Positions 1 through 8,526 of a DNA stretch of 33,288 nt are shown in pieces (the first letter of the stretch is position 1; every line of letters begins with the position of its first letter). Origin of the DNA: Neovahlkampfia damariscottae (Eukaryota); assembly GCA_016618085.1 (NCBI GenBank), contig JABLTG010000196.1, positions 1 to 33,288 on the forward strand, read 5' to 3'. Made by a program: the position numbers and the translations under genes. A model generated the notes under the pieces. That model was not told the DNA's origin. It worked only from the letters and a program-made list of their open reading frames with translations, and made no database searches.

Positions 1-735
1 TGTGCAAAGAAAATATGTGCATTTTTGTCTTTTTTAGTTTCATAAACAACTGTTTTTTTTTGTTTTAATAATAATCTTAAAAAATAAGCCAAAGAACGAC
101 TTTTTCCAATTCCAGGATTTCCAGTTATAATGCCATGAGTTTTTTTTTGACTTTCCAAATATTTTAAAACTTCATTCCAAAGTTCTATTTGAGATTTACG
201 AATAAAAATTGAAGGAGACTTTTCTTCATTATCTTGAAGCCAAGTTTCCATTTCAATTTTTTTTACACCACCAGACAAATTAATTTCTTTTTGATTTAAT
301 AATTCATTTGCATAATCAGTTTTATCTTTGTCTTCTTCCCAAATATTTTTATCAATATGGTTATTCCATTTAAAAATTCTTTTCCTTTCTTCTTCAAATT
401 CAAATTCTTCTTTTTTTCTTTTGTCCACGATTTTCTTCTTCTTGTTCCTATTTTTTAATCAAAAAGTCCTTTACCTTAAGTTTAGAAATACGGTTGAAGT
501 AAGCTATTCCTTTAAATCCAAAATACTTTTCTAAATCCTCCTTTTTTAAGTCCAAAATATCTGTTGCTTTTAAGTTTTCAAATTTTTTTTTATCTTCTTC
601 GTCTATTTCGTTCAAAAGTTTTGTTTTAAGCTCTTCCTCTGTTTCTTCTGTCTCCATTTGGTCATCTTTTTCTTCCAAAATATCAGGTTCAACTATTTTT
701 TTATCTGAAGAATTTTTGCTCATCATTGAAGTCAT
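1..735 (-). CDS. Crinkler/RHS-like (CR) protein with P-loop NTPase, 5' part; runs off the window start
   Basis: ORF 448-735 joins, across a GT-AG intron (441-474 keeps the frame), to an exon reading ...IFIRKSQIELWNEVLKYLESQKKTHGIITGNPGIGKSRSLAYFLRLLLKQKKTVVYE. The G-x-PGIGKS Walker A context matches CR-NTPases. TGATTGG box at 774-780. Confidence 0.65.
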
Positions 736-890
736 GATCTTGAATTTTTAATTGCTTGGAAAAATAATAAAATTGATTGGTTAAATTTATGATGCTCAAA
801 AAAAATTTATACGAGTATTTTACAAATATAAAAAATAAAAATACTTAAAGATTTAAAATAATAATATAATAAAAAGAACAAAAAAGAACA

Positions 891-1545
891 ATGGTTGATT
901 ATTCATTAGCAAAAATTTATAAAATAGTTTGTAATACAACTAGATTAATTTATGTGGGTGCAACATGCAAACCTAAATTATGTCAAAGATTATCAAAACA
1001 TGTATCTAATTTTAAATGTTTCAAAAACGGAAAAGATCATTATGTAACAAGTTTTAAAGTTCTTGAAAATAATAATTATTCAATAATTTTACTTGAAAGT
1101 GTTCCACAATGCATAAATAAAGATCAATTAAATCAATATGAACGTAAATGGATTGAAAAAATAGATTGTGTAAATAAGCGCATTGAAGGTCGCACATCTA
1201 AAGAATACCGCAATGATAAGAAAGATAAAATAAAACAATATTATCAAGATAATAAAGACAAAATAAAAGAACAACAAAAAGAATATAAAAAAAGAAAACA
1301 AAGAGAAAATAAATCAACGTCACAAGCAATATCGAGAAGAAAATAAAGAGAAAATAAAACGATATCAAAAATATCATTATGAAGAAAATAAAAATAAATT
1401 TCGACAGTATTATGAAGAAAATAAAGATAAAATAAAAAAACATGTACCACAAAAATATATTTGTCAATGTGGTTCAATTACTACTATTAACCATAAAGCA
1501 AGACATGAAAAGACGAAAAAACATCAACAATTTGTAAATCAATAA
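891..1545 (+). pseudogene. GIY-YIG endonuclease with helical repeats and C-terminal Zn finger, frameshifted
   Basis: KIYKI...IYVGAT...QRLSKH...E motifs. After a frameshift in the A-run near 1286-1293 the frame continues with YxEENKxKI repeats and YICQCGS...HKARHEKTKKH to TAA at 1543-1545. Confidence 0.85.
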
Positions 1546-1585
1546 AAATTAACTAAATATATTCATATTATATAGATAATATAAT

Positions 1586-2512
1586 ATGAGCGAATTACTT
1601 TCAAAAAATATTAAAAAAAGATTAAATATAAATGAGAAAGAGTCCAAACATGTTCAAGATTTGATGAAGGGAGTAAAAAAAGATAAGCCAATAAATACAC
1701 CGCACCATACAGCAATTGAAAGAGATTCAATACATCAGTTGGATTTATTATTTTTACCGCACGACAACAAGCAGAAGTATGCATTAACTGTAATTGTATT
1801 TTCAAGGCATGCTGACGCCGAACCAATCTCTACAAAAACGCCAGAAAAAATAGTGGAAGCATTAAAAAAGATATACCAAAGAAATTATTTAAATATTCCG
1901 AAACACTTTTTGCAAGTTGATAGTGGGTCAGAATTTAAAGGTGCATTTAACAAATTTGCAAAAGATAATAAAATTGGAATCCGTAGAGCTTTGCCAAATC
2001 GTCATAGAACACAAGTTGTTGTGGAATCTTTTAATGGTATTCTCGGTAAAATTATATTTGAGTTGCAGGCTATTGAAGAATTAAAAACTAAACAAACCAA
2101 TAGAAAATGGACAGCAAATTTACCTCTAATTATTGAAGAATACAACAAACAAATTGATGAAAAGAAACCAAGAAAACCAGAAACAAAACCAGCAAAATGT
2201 CAAAGAGATGCATGTAAATTATTAGAAACTGGTGATATGGTGAGAGTAGCTTTAGATTACCCAATAAACCCAGCAACTGGAAAAAAACTGGATTCAAAAT
2301 TTAGAAAAACAGATATTAGGTGGAGTGAAGAACTCCACGAAATTGAAAATATAATATTAGCACCAAATCAACCTCCGTTATATCAATTAAAAGGAATTCC
2401 AGCAAATTACACAAAAAATCAATTAAGAAAGGTAGAAACACCAAAAGTTGAAATTAACGATGGTCAAAAATATATTGGGGCAACTCCAATACGAACCCGA
2501 AAAAAAAATTAA
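1586..2512 (+). CDS. Retroviral-like (rve) DDE integrase, Maverick/mavirus type
   Basis: HQLDLL, QVDSGSEF and VVESFNG give a D..D-x34-E triad. C-terminal GDMVRV...RWS...YQL is SH3-like. YALTVIVFSR lacks the usual D of T-V-I-D-x-F-S-R, which may reflect decay. Confidence 0.9.
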   Translation: MSELLSKNIKKRLNINEKESKHVQDLMKGVKKDKPINTPHHTAIERDSIHQLDLLFLPHDNKQKYALTVIVFSRHADAEPISTKTPEKIVEALKKIYQRNYLNIPKHFLQVDSGSEFKGAFNKFAKDNKIGIRRALPNRHRTQVVVESFNGILGKIIFELQAIEELKTKQTNRKWTANLPLIIEEYNKQIDEKKPRKPETKPAKCQRDACKLLETGDMVRVALDYPINPATGKKLDSKFRKTDIRWSEELHEIENIILAPNQPPLYQLKGIPANYTKNQLRKVETPKVEINDGQKYIGATPIRTRKKN

Positions 2513-2574
2513 AATATATAGAATTTTTAAATTTAAACAACTTAAAAAAATATCTCAATATTAATATATAGAAA

Positions 2575-4248
2575 ATGTTATCAAAAGATATTAAATTTGT
2601 TAAAAAAGATTTATTAAGTTATGAAGAATTAAAAAAAGTCATTACAGAAAAAATAGCAATTAATAAAGCCAAAATAATATCTTCAAAATTGAACAAAACA
2701 TTAATAATTCAAGGAAACGAATTTTATTTATATGACAGAGAATTAAAATTGTATAAAAAGCAAACTTACAAAGACAAGGAACAATGCAATAACGGAGTAA
2801 TTTATATTGTTTCTTTATTGATAAAAGAATCTTATGAAAATTTAGAACAAGTTTCTAAAGACAATTTGGAAACTTATAAAAAAGGATTTGAAGCAATTTT
2901 TCAAAATGGGAGTATTTTAAAATATTTTCCTCAATTAAAAGTTGAATTAACAAATACAAAGAATTTTGATAAACAACATATAAATGAAATTCACTTTTTG
3001 AACGGATATTTTGATTTAAAAAATGGAGAATTTAAAGAAAGAGAAGAATATTGCAGAATTACAGACTGTATTCACAGAAATTATGAAAAACCAAAGAAAA
3101 AATCAATGGAAAAAGTAAAAGAATTGATAAGTATGATTTACCCAAATAAAGACGATAAAAATTATTTAATGATGACAATAGCAACAGCATTATGTGGAAT
3201 TGCAACAATGGATCAATCAATATTGTTTCTTTTGGGTAAAGGTTCATCAGGAAAATCAACAGTAATGAAAATGTTAAAAAGTTCAATTGGAATGTATTTT
3301 GTGGAATTAAAATCTGATACTTTTGTCATGGGAAATCAAAAAGCTGACAAAATACTGAATACTTTATTGGAAAAACCACATGCAAGATTAATTTGGGTGA
3401 ATGAATTAGCAGATAAAAAAATGGATGATTCATTATTTAAATCTGTATGTGAAGGAACAGCACAAACCACAAGATTATTTCAAGATGGTGTAACAGAAAT
3501 CCAAATGAATGCTTTGATTATGATTACAGCAAATACATTTCCAAGCATTAAAATAGATTCTGGAGTTGTTCGTCGTATTAAATCACACACCCATATGTCG
3601 GAGTTTGTTGATGAAGAAAATAAAATTGACAAAGAAAATAATATTTATTTGAAAGACAAATATTTAGAAGAAAAAATGAGAGACATTGAAATGTCAAATG
3701 CGTTTGTGAAATATATTGCAAATTATGCAAAGAAATATTATAAAGGAATAAGATATGAAGCCACACAAAATTTTAAAGATACAAAAGAATGTATTACAAG
3801 TTCAAATGATACAATTCAAGATTATATTGATGTGAATTTAATAATTACAGAAGACGAAAAAGATAGAATTGGAAGGGATGAAATGATACAAAATTTTAAA
3901 TTAACAAATCCAAAATCTTTGATTACATGTATGCAATTAATTAATAGTTTAAAAGATAAAGGTATCAGATATGAGGGAACATTCAGATACAAAAAATTGA
4001 AAGGTTGTTATCTTGGTGTAAAATTCAGTGACAGCAATGAATCGGATACAGAAAGTGAAAATGAAGATAAACCAGATTATAAAACCAAATATGATGATTT
4101 ATTAAAAAAATATCAAGAACTTGAAAAGAAATATAATCAATTAAAAATTAAACCAAAAATTATTGAAGACATCCAAAAAGAAAGTAAAAAGAAAACCAAA
4201 AAAGTTGAAAAAGAAGATGAAGAACCTTTAATTGTTGATTTTTTGTAA
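2575..4248 (+). CDS. D5-like superfamily 3 helicase (no recognisable primase domain)
   Basis: D5_N-like IHFLNGYFDLK, Walker A GKGSSGKST, Walker B LIWVNE, motif C ITANTFP, and RRI. Confidence 0.9.
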   Translation: MLSKDIKFVKKDLLSYEELKKVITEKIAINKAKIISSKLNKTLIIQGNEFYLYDRELKLYKKQTYKDKEQCNNGVIYIVSLLIKESYENLEQVSKDNLETYKKGFEAIFQNGSILKYFPQLKVELTNTKNFDKQHINEIHFLNGYFDLKNGEFKEREEYCRITDCIHRNYEKPKKKSMEKVKELISMIYPNKDDKNYLMMTIATALCGIATMDQSILFLLGKGSSGKSTVMKMLKSSIGMYFVELKSDTFVMGNQKADKILNTLLEKPHARLIWVNELADKKMDDSLFKSVCEGTAQTTRLFQDGVTEIQMNALIMITANTFPSIKIDSGVVRRIKSHTHMSEFVDEENKIDKENNIYLKDKYLEEKMRDIEMSNAFVKYIANYAKKYYKGIRYEATQNFKDTKECITSSNDTIQDYIDVNLIITEDEKDRIGRDEMIQNFKLTNPKSLITCMQLINSLKDKGIRYEGTFRYKKLKGCYLGVKFSDSNESDTESENEDKPDYKTKYDDLLKKYQELEKKYNQLKIKPKIIEDIQKESKKKTKKVEKEDEEPLIVDFL

Positions 4249-4727
4249 AATTAATTTTTTAAATATAAAAAATATATAAAAAATTAAAATATATAGTAAT
4301 AATATAGTGATGGGAGCTGAAGGATATGTAAGAATTTATGATAGAAAAATGGTTAATGAAATTTTGAATTTAATAGGATATAATGGTAATTTTAAAGATT
4401 TGGGAAATTATAATATATATAAGCGTTCTATTTTTGGTCACGATATTTATACAGTTTATTATGGTGATAATCCAGGTTATGAATACTGTTTTTATCAAGA
4501 TACTTTGAAAATAGAAAAAAATAAATATGTTGATGTAATGAAATCCAGATTTGAAAATTTAAAGGAAAAAATGAAATATGGATACAATGTTTCAGATGAA
4601 TATAGGCTTGATATTGATGATATTTGAAGATGCATATATTGAAGGATGTGAAGTTTGGACATAAAAACAATTAATTTTTTAAATATAAATAATATATAAA
4701 AAATAAAATATATAGTAATAATATAGA
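4249..4727 (+). promoter_or_regulatory. Duplicated ~58-bp viral upstream element (4249-4307 and 4669-4726)
   Basis: AATTAATTTTTTAAATATAAA(A/T)AATATATAAAAAAT(T)AAAATATATAGTAATAATATAG is nearly identical in front of two consecutive ATGs. Confidence 0.7.
4310..4664 (+). pseudogene. Small viral hypothetical protein, probably frameshifted near the C-terminus
   Basis: MGAEGYVRIYD... The ORF stops at 4627, but another frame continues IFEDAYIEGCEVWT to TAA at 4664, just before the next upstream element. Confidence 0.55.
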
Positions 4728-5009
4728 ATGGAAAATAATAAATTTACTGAAGAAGAAATTGAAGAAGAAAGTGATATTGTGAGAAGATGCAAATTAATAT
4801 TAAAAGTAATAAATGAAAGTGAATTGGAATATGGATGGAAAGATGGGTGGGGGTATAATTATGGACCTTTAAAAGAATTATTAACAGCAATTTTAAGAGC
4901 AAGACATAAAGCCTATCCTTTTGATAAAGAATTGGATGATGAAGCAATGGAAGAATTCAAACAAATAATTGACCCTGAAGATTTCTATTCAATACATACC
5001 ATTAGTTGA
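4728..5009 (+). CDS. Small viral hypothetical protein
   Basis: 93-aa ORF directly behind the duplicated upstream element. Confidence 0.6.
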   Translation: MENNKFTEEEIEEESDIVRRCKLILKVINESELEYGWKDGWGYNYGPLKELLTAILRARHKAYPFDKELDDEAMEEFKQIIDPEDFYSIHTIS

Positions 5010-5056
5010 TATGATTTTACAAAAGTTTCTAAGTTACTCAAGTAAAACAAATATAA

Positions 5057-5166
5057 TTCAAGGTTTTTAATTAACCTTCTAAATTTCAAAAACATTTCTT
5101 CTAAAAATAAAAATCTTCCAATAAAAAAATTATAAACAAAATTGGAAGGTTAACAAAAACCTTGAA
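5057..5166. repeat. MITE-like element copy 1 (110 bp, ~22-bp imperfect TIRs)
   Basis: TTCAAGGTTTTTAATTAACCTTC ... GAAGGTTAACAAAAACCTTGAA. Similar second copy at 5882-5989. Confidence 0.7.
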
Positions 5167-5255
5167 TATAACAAAAGTATCAAAAATTTATTAATTTCCC
5201 ACCTCAATAGAAACTACTCAACTAAAATAAAAATCAATAACAAGTTTATTATATT

Positions 5256-5783
5256 TTAATTGGAAACTGGCTTATTCAACACATCTTTAATATCGTTGAT
5301 AAAATCATCTAAATTACCATTATTTTTAGCATAAGTTGAGTTTAAAAGACCTTCAGTGATTTTTCCTGCAGTTTTTGTAATGATTTCTTTTGCATAATAT
5401 GATGCATTTCCAAAATAATAACTTGATCCAAACCAATTGAAAAGATCTGGTAAAATATGTTCATACACTTTTGTTGAATCATCAGAAAATTTGCTTGGAA
5501 AAAATGCCATTAGATAGATGTCAATAGTCCAGAACAAAGATCCTCCAACAAAAAATTGATAGCACCAGTTTTGAATCTTTTCAGTTTGAGCTCCTTTTCT
5601 TGTTTTTAAATACTCTTCATTGTCAGGATTGCTACTGTCAAGAAGATTATAGACAGCAGTTGCTCCAATCCCGATTAATCCACTAATGGTAGCAATTTTG
5701 TGAACTCTTTCTGATTTAAGGATGTGAAAAAATTCAATTGCAGTATTCAAAATATTAAGGCCTTGTGTTTTCCCTTCAGTCAT
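5256..5783 (-). CDS. Hypothetical host-type membrane protein
   Basis: ATG at 5783 (MTEGKT) preceded by three CCAATCA/TGATTGG boxes (5794, 5820, 5841). Two or three hydrophobic segments. Confidence 0.6.
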   Translation of the reverse strand: MTEGKTQGLNILNTAIEFFHILKSERVHKIATISGLIGIGATAVYNLLDSSNPDNEEYLKTRKGAQTEKIQNWCYQFFVGGSLFWTIDIYLMAFFPSKFSDDSTKVYEHILPDLFNWFGSSYYFGNASYYAKEIITKTAGKITEGLLNSTYAKNNGNLDDFINDIKDVLNKPVSN

Positions 5784-5881
5784 TTGTAAATTGTGATTGG
5801 TCAAATTTACAACAAACAACCAATCAAATTAACTTAAAAACCAATCAATTTCAATACTGGCAAATAAACACTAAAATATAA

Positions 5882-5989
5882 TTCAAGGTTTAGTTAACCT
5901 TCTAAATATCAAAAATATTTCTTCAAAAAATAAAAATAAACAAATAAAAAAATTATAAACAAAATTGGAAGGTTAACAAAAACCTTGAA
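5882..5989. repeat. MITE-like element copy 2 (108 bp)
   Basis: TTCAAGGTTTAGTTAACCTTC ... GAAGGTTAACAAAAACCTTGAA. Same orientation as copy 1, with a similar interior. Confidence 0.7.
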
Positions 5990-6105
5990 AAAATAAAAAT
6001 TTGAAAAAACAAAAATCTCAAGTGATTTGCAAAATATCCTGATAAAATCTACACAGCACTAATTTATAATTTCAAAAAATCCCAAAATCCTCAACTCTCT
6101 CCACT

Positions 6106-6187
6106 AGCAAGTAAAGTACATAGAACCGAATTAGCGAAGCGAGAATTCCTTTAGGAATGGGGTGAGAGGCAATGTACTTTACTTGCT
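6106..6187 (+). other. Branched hairpin H1 (candidate structured ncRNA or DNA site)
   Basis: Perfect 16-bp inverted repeat AGCAAGTAAAGTACAT/ATGTACTTTACTTGCT enclosing the mini-hairpin GCGAAGC and the hairpin ATTCCT-TT-AGGAAT. Confidence 0.5.
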
Positions 6188-7177
6188 TGACAAAGATTAT
6201 TATGAAAATATTGCGGTTAACAAGGAGGAGTGCCAAAACCATTCAGATACAACGACAATCGTGGAATTCCAATTATTAAAAAAGCCAGCGATTACAAACT
6301 TTCTGATGCAAGATTTGAAGTTGATACAAGTGATACCCCAATCATGTTTTTTCCATCAACTGAATATTCATCATATGAATTAAATCAAACATACAGAACA
6401 CCAAACAACCAATATTATTCTGTAACTGTTCAAGATATTGATGGTAATGTTTATCAATCTTATTTACAACATGAAAGTTTTAATGATGCAGATCCAAGCG
6501 ATTTAAGAATTTGGACAATCGACCAATTTTTACAAATCTTGAACAGAGCAGTTTTAGAAGCATGTTTGAATACAAATGTGAACGATGCTAAGGTTCCATA
6601 TTTTGTATTTGATAGAAACACAGCGATCATTGATATTGTATTTCCAACTGAATTTATGAATTTGCTTTACACGCATCGATTTTTCATGAATAACAACTTA
6701 CGGAATTTATTTAATTTTCCACATACAAAAGAAAATATGAGTTTGGGAAGAGATATTCATTCACTTGGTGGTGAAACTACTGGTGCTAGAGTTCATATAT
6801 GACAAGATTCAAGTGGAACAATTGGTGATTTGTGCGATATTGCAACTTCTGCACCTAAATGGTCATTTGGTTCTCAAGCAAGTGAAAATGCAGCAACTGG
6901 TACAAAATCAATTTATTATGGTTTTGGTGATACAGCATTTAATTTAGCTGTGATCTTTGTTAACATTGAAACTGGAACAATTGGACACTTGGAAGGTAGA
7001 AATGTTTCAGACTCAAGCCAAATATTTTCAATTGCTGTTGCAGGTGATGGAACTTTAACTTATGCCTCTACTTCGTCATTTACCAATGTATCAGGTTCAA
7101 AAAATCTGATTGTTGTTTACTGGACAAGAACATCAGGAGCTGGTGCATGTAATTTATATGATGCAAGATTATTTTAA
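6188..7177 (+). pseudogene. Virophage-type minor capsid (penton) protein fragment
   Basis: PFRYNDNRGIPIIKKASDYKLSDARFEVDT..PI...YYSVT...IDQFLQILNRA...PYFVFD resembles virophage penton N-halves. No ATG, a frameshift near 6220, an in-frame TGA at 6800-6802 (ORF 6830-7177 is the same frame) and a truncated C-terminus. Confidence 0.7.
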
Positions 7178-7195
7178 TATCGAATAAGTATATAG

Positions 7196-7606
7196 ATGGT
7201 CGACTCGAATACAGTAACAATCATTTCACAAGTTGTCAATATGGCAGTTACAGCTGTTTTAGTTCCTTTAGTTGCAGCAGGTGTTGAATTTAGCAAAAGA
7301 ATTACAAAATCTAGTTGTTTTTTTGGCTCGGGAGTTGAGCTAACACCTTCCCAACTACAAGAACAAATGAAAAAAACAGCATCAGAACATAAAATTAACA
7401 TTGATAAACAAAATGAACAAATTGAACAATTAATCAATATGTTGAATAAAAATAACAAAATGAACAAGCTTAAGTTACATAAAAAGTGTTCCGTTTTTTA
7501 CAAAATTATTTTTTTCAGATTTAATATTTTTCATGGCATGTTTGAGTTGATGATAGGCTCAAATTTTATCCTCATATCTCATTTTGGGAAGATTTTCATC
7601 ATATAA
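7196..7606 (+). CDS. Small viral membrane protein (3' end likely fused to unrelated DNA after ~7460)
   Basis: TATATAG-ATG upstream as in fragment A. N-terminal hydrophobic helix, then KRITKSSC and a coiled coil. Confidence 0.5.
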   Translation: MVDSNTVTIISQVVNMAVTAVLVPLVAAGVEFSKRITKSSCFFGSGVELTPSQLQEQMKKTASEHKINIDKQNEQIEQLINMLNKNNKMNKLKLHKKCSVFYKIIFFRFNIFHGMFELMIGSNFILISHFGKIFII

Positions 7607-7958
7607 AGCAGAACTCAATCACAGAGAAGAATGGAAAGTATATTAATGGATATGAAAAAAAGAGCAATACATTGGCAAATATATCAGAAGTGACAAGTTA
7701 AATATAACCTTTTCCAACGAAATAGAATATTTGAGCTTTAAAACTGATGAAATACAAGTCCTATTGTATGGAAATAAGAATATGAAAGTGCTCAAAAACG
7801 ATAAACAATAAAACCTATTTTCTATCTCAAAAAAAACCAATTTAAAAACATCCATAAAATATTGTCCACAAAAATTGAAAAAAAAGTTTAAAAAAATAGA
7901 AAGAGATTTAATTGAGAAAATGTTCACCGAAAAAAAACCGGAGCATAATTTCTGAGAA

Positions 7959-8055
7959 TATCCGACTGACTGCAACTCCACCACCCCACATGACGCGGAT
8001 ATCAAACTATTCGAGTGGATGCAACTTTCCAAATGGTAACCGTGCGGATTTCAAA
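7959..8055 (+). repeat. Two tandem 49-bp-period units with conserved flanks and a variable 17-nt centre
   Basis: TATCCGACTGAC-TGCAACT-[17]-GCGGATATCAAA and TATTCGAGTGGA-TGCAACT-[17]-GCGGATTTCAAA. Confidence 0.55.
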
Positions 8056-8084
8056 AATACAATTATTTTTTTGTTTCATTCCCG

Positions 8085-8178
8085 AGCAGCAAGGTACATG
8101 GCAGAGGCCTCGCTAGAGGAAACCGGGAGGAAATTTTAATTTCCGAGGTGTTTATCTGCCATGAACTTCCTTGCTGCT
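8085..8178 (+). other. Branched hairpin H2 (candidate structured ncRNA), similar to H1
   Basis: Pairings AGCAGCAAGG/CCTTGCTGCT, CATGGCAGA/TCTGCCATG and GCCTC/GAGGT, with internal GGAAACC and GGAAATT-TT-AATTTCC hairpins. Confidence 0.55.
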
Positions 8179-8526
8179 TAATACAACCCTGATCGGAAAT
8201 TGAACACCCAAAAAGAATCCATATGCCCATAATGATCATGAATAGAATATTATGTCTACTATTGATCCTTGATTCTTTATTCAATTGTTGCATGTTATGT
8301 TCTTCAATGTATCACATTTCAAAGTCGATTTCGTCAAAAGGAACCAACCTAGGATTTATTTCAATAAACATTTATCTTCAAGAAATTGTGGATTAGATTT
8401 TTGATCCAATGATATCAATTTTTTCAACAAATACAAGACAAGAACTTTGTATTTCGCTATTTTGATGAAATAATAGTATTTATTTGTCACTAATTATTTT
8501 GGTAATTGTCATTTTTTTGGCAATGT

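Larger units (their letters stand above)
800..5040 (+). mobile_element. Endogenous virophage/Polinton-like fragment A (replication/integration module)
   Basis: Five co-oriented intronless ORFs (GIY-YIG, rve integrase, D5-like helicase, two small ORFs) with AT-rich upstream motifs and no host CCAAT box. Boundaries are approximate and no TIR was seen. Confidence 0.8.

Noticed and set aside
6132..6166. Pol III A-box or 5S box A/C-like words in H1 (TAGCGAAGCGAG, GGAATGGGGTGAG)
   Set aside because: No B-box, no cloverleaf and wrong spacing for 5S. Not tRNA or 5S.
6800..6802. TGA recoding or alternative genetic code in the penton
   Set aside because: TGA terminates host genes here, and the same gene has other lesions, so it is a nonsense mutation.
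7621..7630. ACAGAGAAGA, the U6 snRNA core motif
   Set aside because: It is not followed by TTAGCATGG or the internal stem-loop. A chance 10-mer.
7470..7950. ORF 7643-8032 (-) and a plus-strand coding-like frame
   Set aside because: No recognisable motifs and the plus frame is interrupted by stops. At most an unassignable relic.
7959..8055. CRISPR array
   Set aside because: Only two units, short spacers, no cas genes, and a eukaryotic context.
8085..8190. H1/H2 as hammerhead, twister, hairpin ribozyme, SRP, SECIS or canonical H/ACA RNA
   Set aside because: The required conserved cores were not found by eye, and the ACA is too far from any pocket.
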